64,000 bases of DNA from a virus. Location: positions 32,001-96,000 of the IMG/VR virus record IMGVR_UViG_3300045988_160259. One strand, written 5' to 3'. The notes under the pieces were generated by a model that was not told the DNA's origin, did no database searches, and worked only from the letters and a program-made list of their open reading frames with translations. Within the stretch, counting starts at the first letter, position 1; every line of letters begins with the position of its first letter. Of this stretch, positions 62,535-64,000 are shown piece after piece. Made by a program: the position numbers and the translations under genes.

Positions 62535-62711
62535 ATGAAATTTAAAGCAGGAGATAGAGTATTTCATAAAAATTTAAGATTATTTGGTACATTTGTTGGA
62601 TATGCATGGGAATCGGATAAAGAAGCAGATGTGGATTTTGAAATGGAAGATGGATATATAGAACAGAGACATGTTTCCATTAATCAATTAGAAAAAATTA
62701 ATAATGATTAA
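62535..62711 (+). CDS. hypothetical protein
   Basis: ORF track frame; ATG 62535 behind GGAGGA. Confidence 0.6.
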   Translation: MKFKAGDRVFHKNLRLFGTFVGYAWESDKEADVDFEMEDGYIEQRHVSINQLEKINND

Positions 62712-62733
62712 ATAAATGAAAGATGTGATATAA

Positions 62734-62925
62734 GTGAGAAAAGCTATTATCTATATGGAAGTTGCTTGTGGTCACTGCGGAGGTATTATAAATCGAAATT
62801 ATAAGAATAGTACAAGTGTAAAATGGTTAAAAAATGCCACGAGTGATTGGAGATATACAAAAGAGTATGGAAATGTTTGCCCAGATTGCTTAAGAGAACT
62901 AAATCTAGAAAAAGCGCATGAATAA
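62734..62925 (+). CDS. zinc-ribbon protein
   Basis: ORF track; CGHCGG ... CPDC. Confidence 0.55.
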   Translation: MRKAIIYMEVACGHCGGIINRNYKNSTSVKWLKNATSDWRYTKEYGNVCPDCLRELNLEKAHE

Positions 62926-62969
62926 AAACAGAATAATTATATGTTATGATGTGGAGGAGTGTAAAGTAA

Positions 62970-63248
62970 ATGACTGTAAAAGATATATTAACAATAACAA
63001 GTGGAAATACTAAATTCTACATTCAGGGAACAACTGAAAGCGACGAAATCGTACAATTGGCACATGGAAAAGTAAATGATATTAAATTTCCATTAGTCCC
63101 ATATGGAAAATATAAAGTGAAACATATTTCTGTAGATGAAAATTATTTATATATTGTATTAGATAGTAATTTAAATTTTGCTAAGATCAATTTAAGTTTT
63201 ACAGATATTACATGTTCTGGATTTTCAGGATATATAGAAAATGATTGA
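62970..63248 (+). CDS. hypothetical protein
   Basis: ORF track; GGAGGAG upstream. Confidence 0.65.
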   Translation: MTVKDILTITSGNTKFYIQGTTESDEIVQLAHGKVNDIKFPLVPYGKYKVKHISVDENYLYIVLDSNLNFAKINLSFTDITCSGFSGYIEND

Positions 63249-63258
63249 GGTGATATAA

Positions 63259-63423
63259 ATGGAAATTCCTAAATACATACAAAACAAAATAAAACAACAG
63301 ATTGATGCTTGTGATAAAGCAAGAAAATTAGAAAAAGAAACAGATAATTGGTGTTGCCTTTCTGGATTTGATCCTTATAGCAAAGATTATAAGGAAACAA
63401 AAGGAAGCTCGCAGATGCAGTAG
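63259..63423 (+). CDS. hypothetical protein; a protein-like continuation lies in the -1 frame to 63476
   Basis: ATG behind GAGGTGA; stops at TAG 63421. The -1 frame, open from 63393, reads KLADAVAPLNADKIREIADKIKL. Confidence 0.5.
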   Translation: MEIPKYIQNKIKQQIDACDKARKLEKETDNWCCLSGFDPYSKDYKETKGSSQMQ

Positions 63424-63528
63424 CACCTTTAAACGCAGATAAAATTAGAGAAATAGCAGACAAGATAAAATTATGATTTCTTCCTACTTTAAACGGAGAA
63501 TAATCTAATAGAAAGTGAGGCAACATAT

Positions 63529-64000
63529 ATGGAAAACGAATATAAAGTAGAAGAAACAAAATTTGGAACAAAAACAAGTCATCCGGCATATGGAACGATC
63601 ATGTTTAATAGAGTTAACGGTTATAAAAGAAGTTTGTTTGGAAGTAGTATTGAACATAGTAACGTGATTACAATGGAAGTAAAACATGCTGATATAGAAC
63701 GTGGATTAAATAGAGATTGGGTTTATGGTAAAAGTCCTATTGTAGAAATAGAGATGAGTTATTCACAGTTTGCAGAAGCAATTACATCTTTTGGTCAAGG
63801 GAATGGAATACCTTGTACTATTAGATATACAGAAAAAGATGGCAAAATTCCTGAATGTGATTTTATCAGCAAAAGGAAACAGTTCGCTGATGAATTCAAA
63901 AGTAAAACAGAAGATACAATGAATGAATCACAGCAGTTAATCCAAGATGTAACCGATTTATTTTCTCAGAAAAAAGCACTAACAAAGGCAGATAAAGAAT
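63529..64000 (+). CDS. hypothetical protein (3-prime end outside window)
   Basis: ATG 63529 behind GAAAGTGAGG; my translation is open to the window end; absent from ORF track because truncated. Confidence 0.65.
   Translation, partial: MENEYKVEETKFGTKTSHPAYGTIMFNRVNGYKRSLFGSSIEHSNVITMEVKHADIERGLNRDWVYGKSPIVEIEMSYSQFAEAITSFGQGNGIPCTIRYTEKDGKIPECDFISKRKQFADEFKSKTEDTMNESQQLIQDVTDLFSQKKALTKADKE

Overview
This window looks like part of a large, AT-rich phage or prophage genome of a low-GC Firmicute. That host assignment is an inference from codon usage, strong GGAGG-type ribosome-binding sites and gene content. No homology search was run, so every product call rests on motifs I recognise in the translations.

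The window has two arms that diverge at about 25.3-25.9 kb.

- **Minus-strand arm (1-25306).** It encodes DNA, RNA and nucleotide-metabolism functions: an HU-like protein, ClpP-like protease, PIN-PhoH, UvrD-type helicase, dCMP deaminase and a metallophosphoesterase. It also carries a 921-aa two-barrel (YonO / cellular RdRP-like) RNA polymerase candidate with an RSPHLY...DVDGD signature, a DUF262 protein, a tyrosine recombinase and a Rha-like regulator. Two homing-endonuclease genes (HNH/NUMOD3 and LAGLIDADG) both appear frame-broken. There are five tRNA genes, Leu-UAA, Ser-UGA, Tyr-GUA, Trp-CCA and Ile-UAU, plus a CAU tRNA-like element.
- **Plus-strand arm (25945-64000).** It is a dense array of about 100 mostly small orphan genes. 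Recognisable among them are a HigB/HigA-like and a MazE/MazF toxin-antitoxin pair (each behind a TTGACA-17-nt promoter; -10 TATAAT for HigBA, TATACT for MazEF), a ParB-like protein and a DnaN-like sliding clamp. It also holds a short serine recombinase, a LexA-N-like winged helix, RadC, a second tyrosine recombinase and a cytosine-5 DNA methyltransferase.

The most unusual signals are non-coding:

1. A canonical type III hammerhead ribozyme lies at 27689-27742.
2. It closes a roughly 1.2-kb ORF-free, GC-elevated, hairpin-dense region (26474-27688).
3. A second ORF-free structured region of about 870 nt (12593-13463) is embedded in the tRNA cluster, in the genomic context described for GOLLD/ROOL-class large RNAs.
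4. Several smaller structured or orphan transcription units sit at 4766-5200, 8400-8852 and 22552-22668.
5. A C-depleted, G-tract-rich region marks the strand switch.
6. A recurrent intergenic mini-hairpin (TGAAA-N-TTTCA) precedes many plus-arm genes.

No CRISPR array or rRNA gene was seen.
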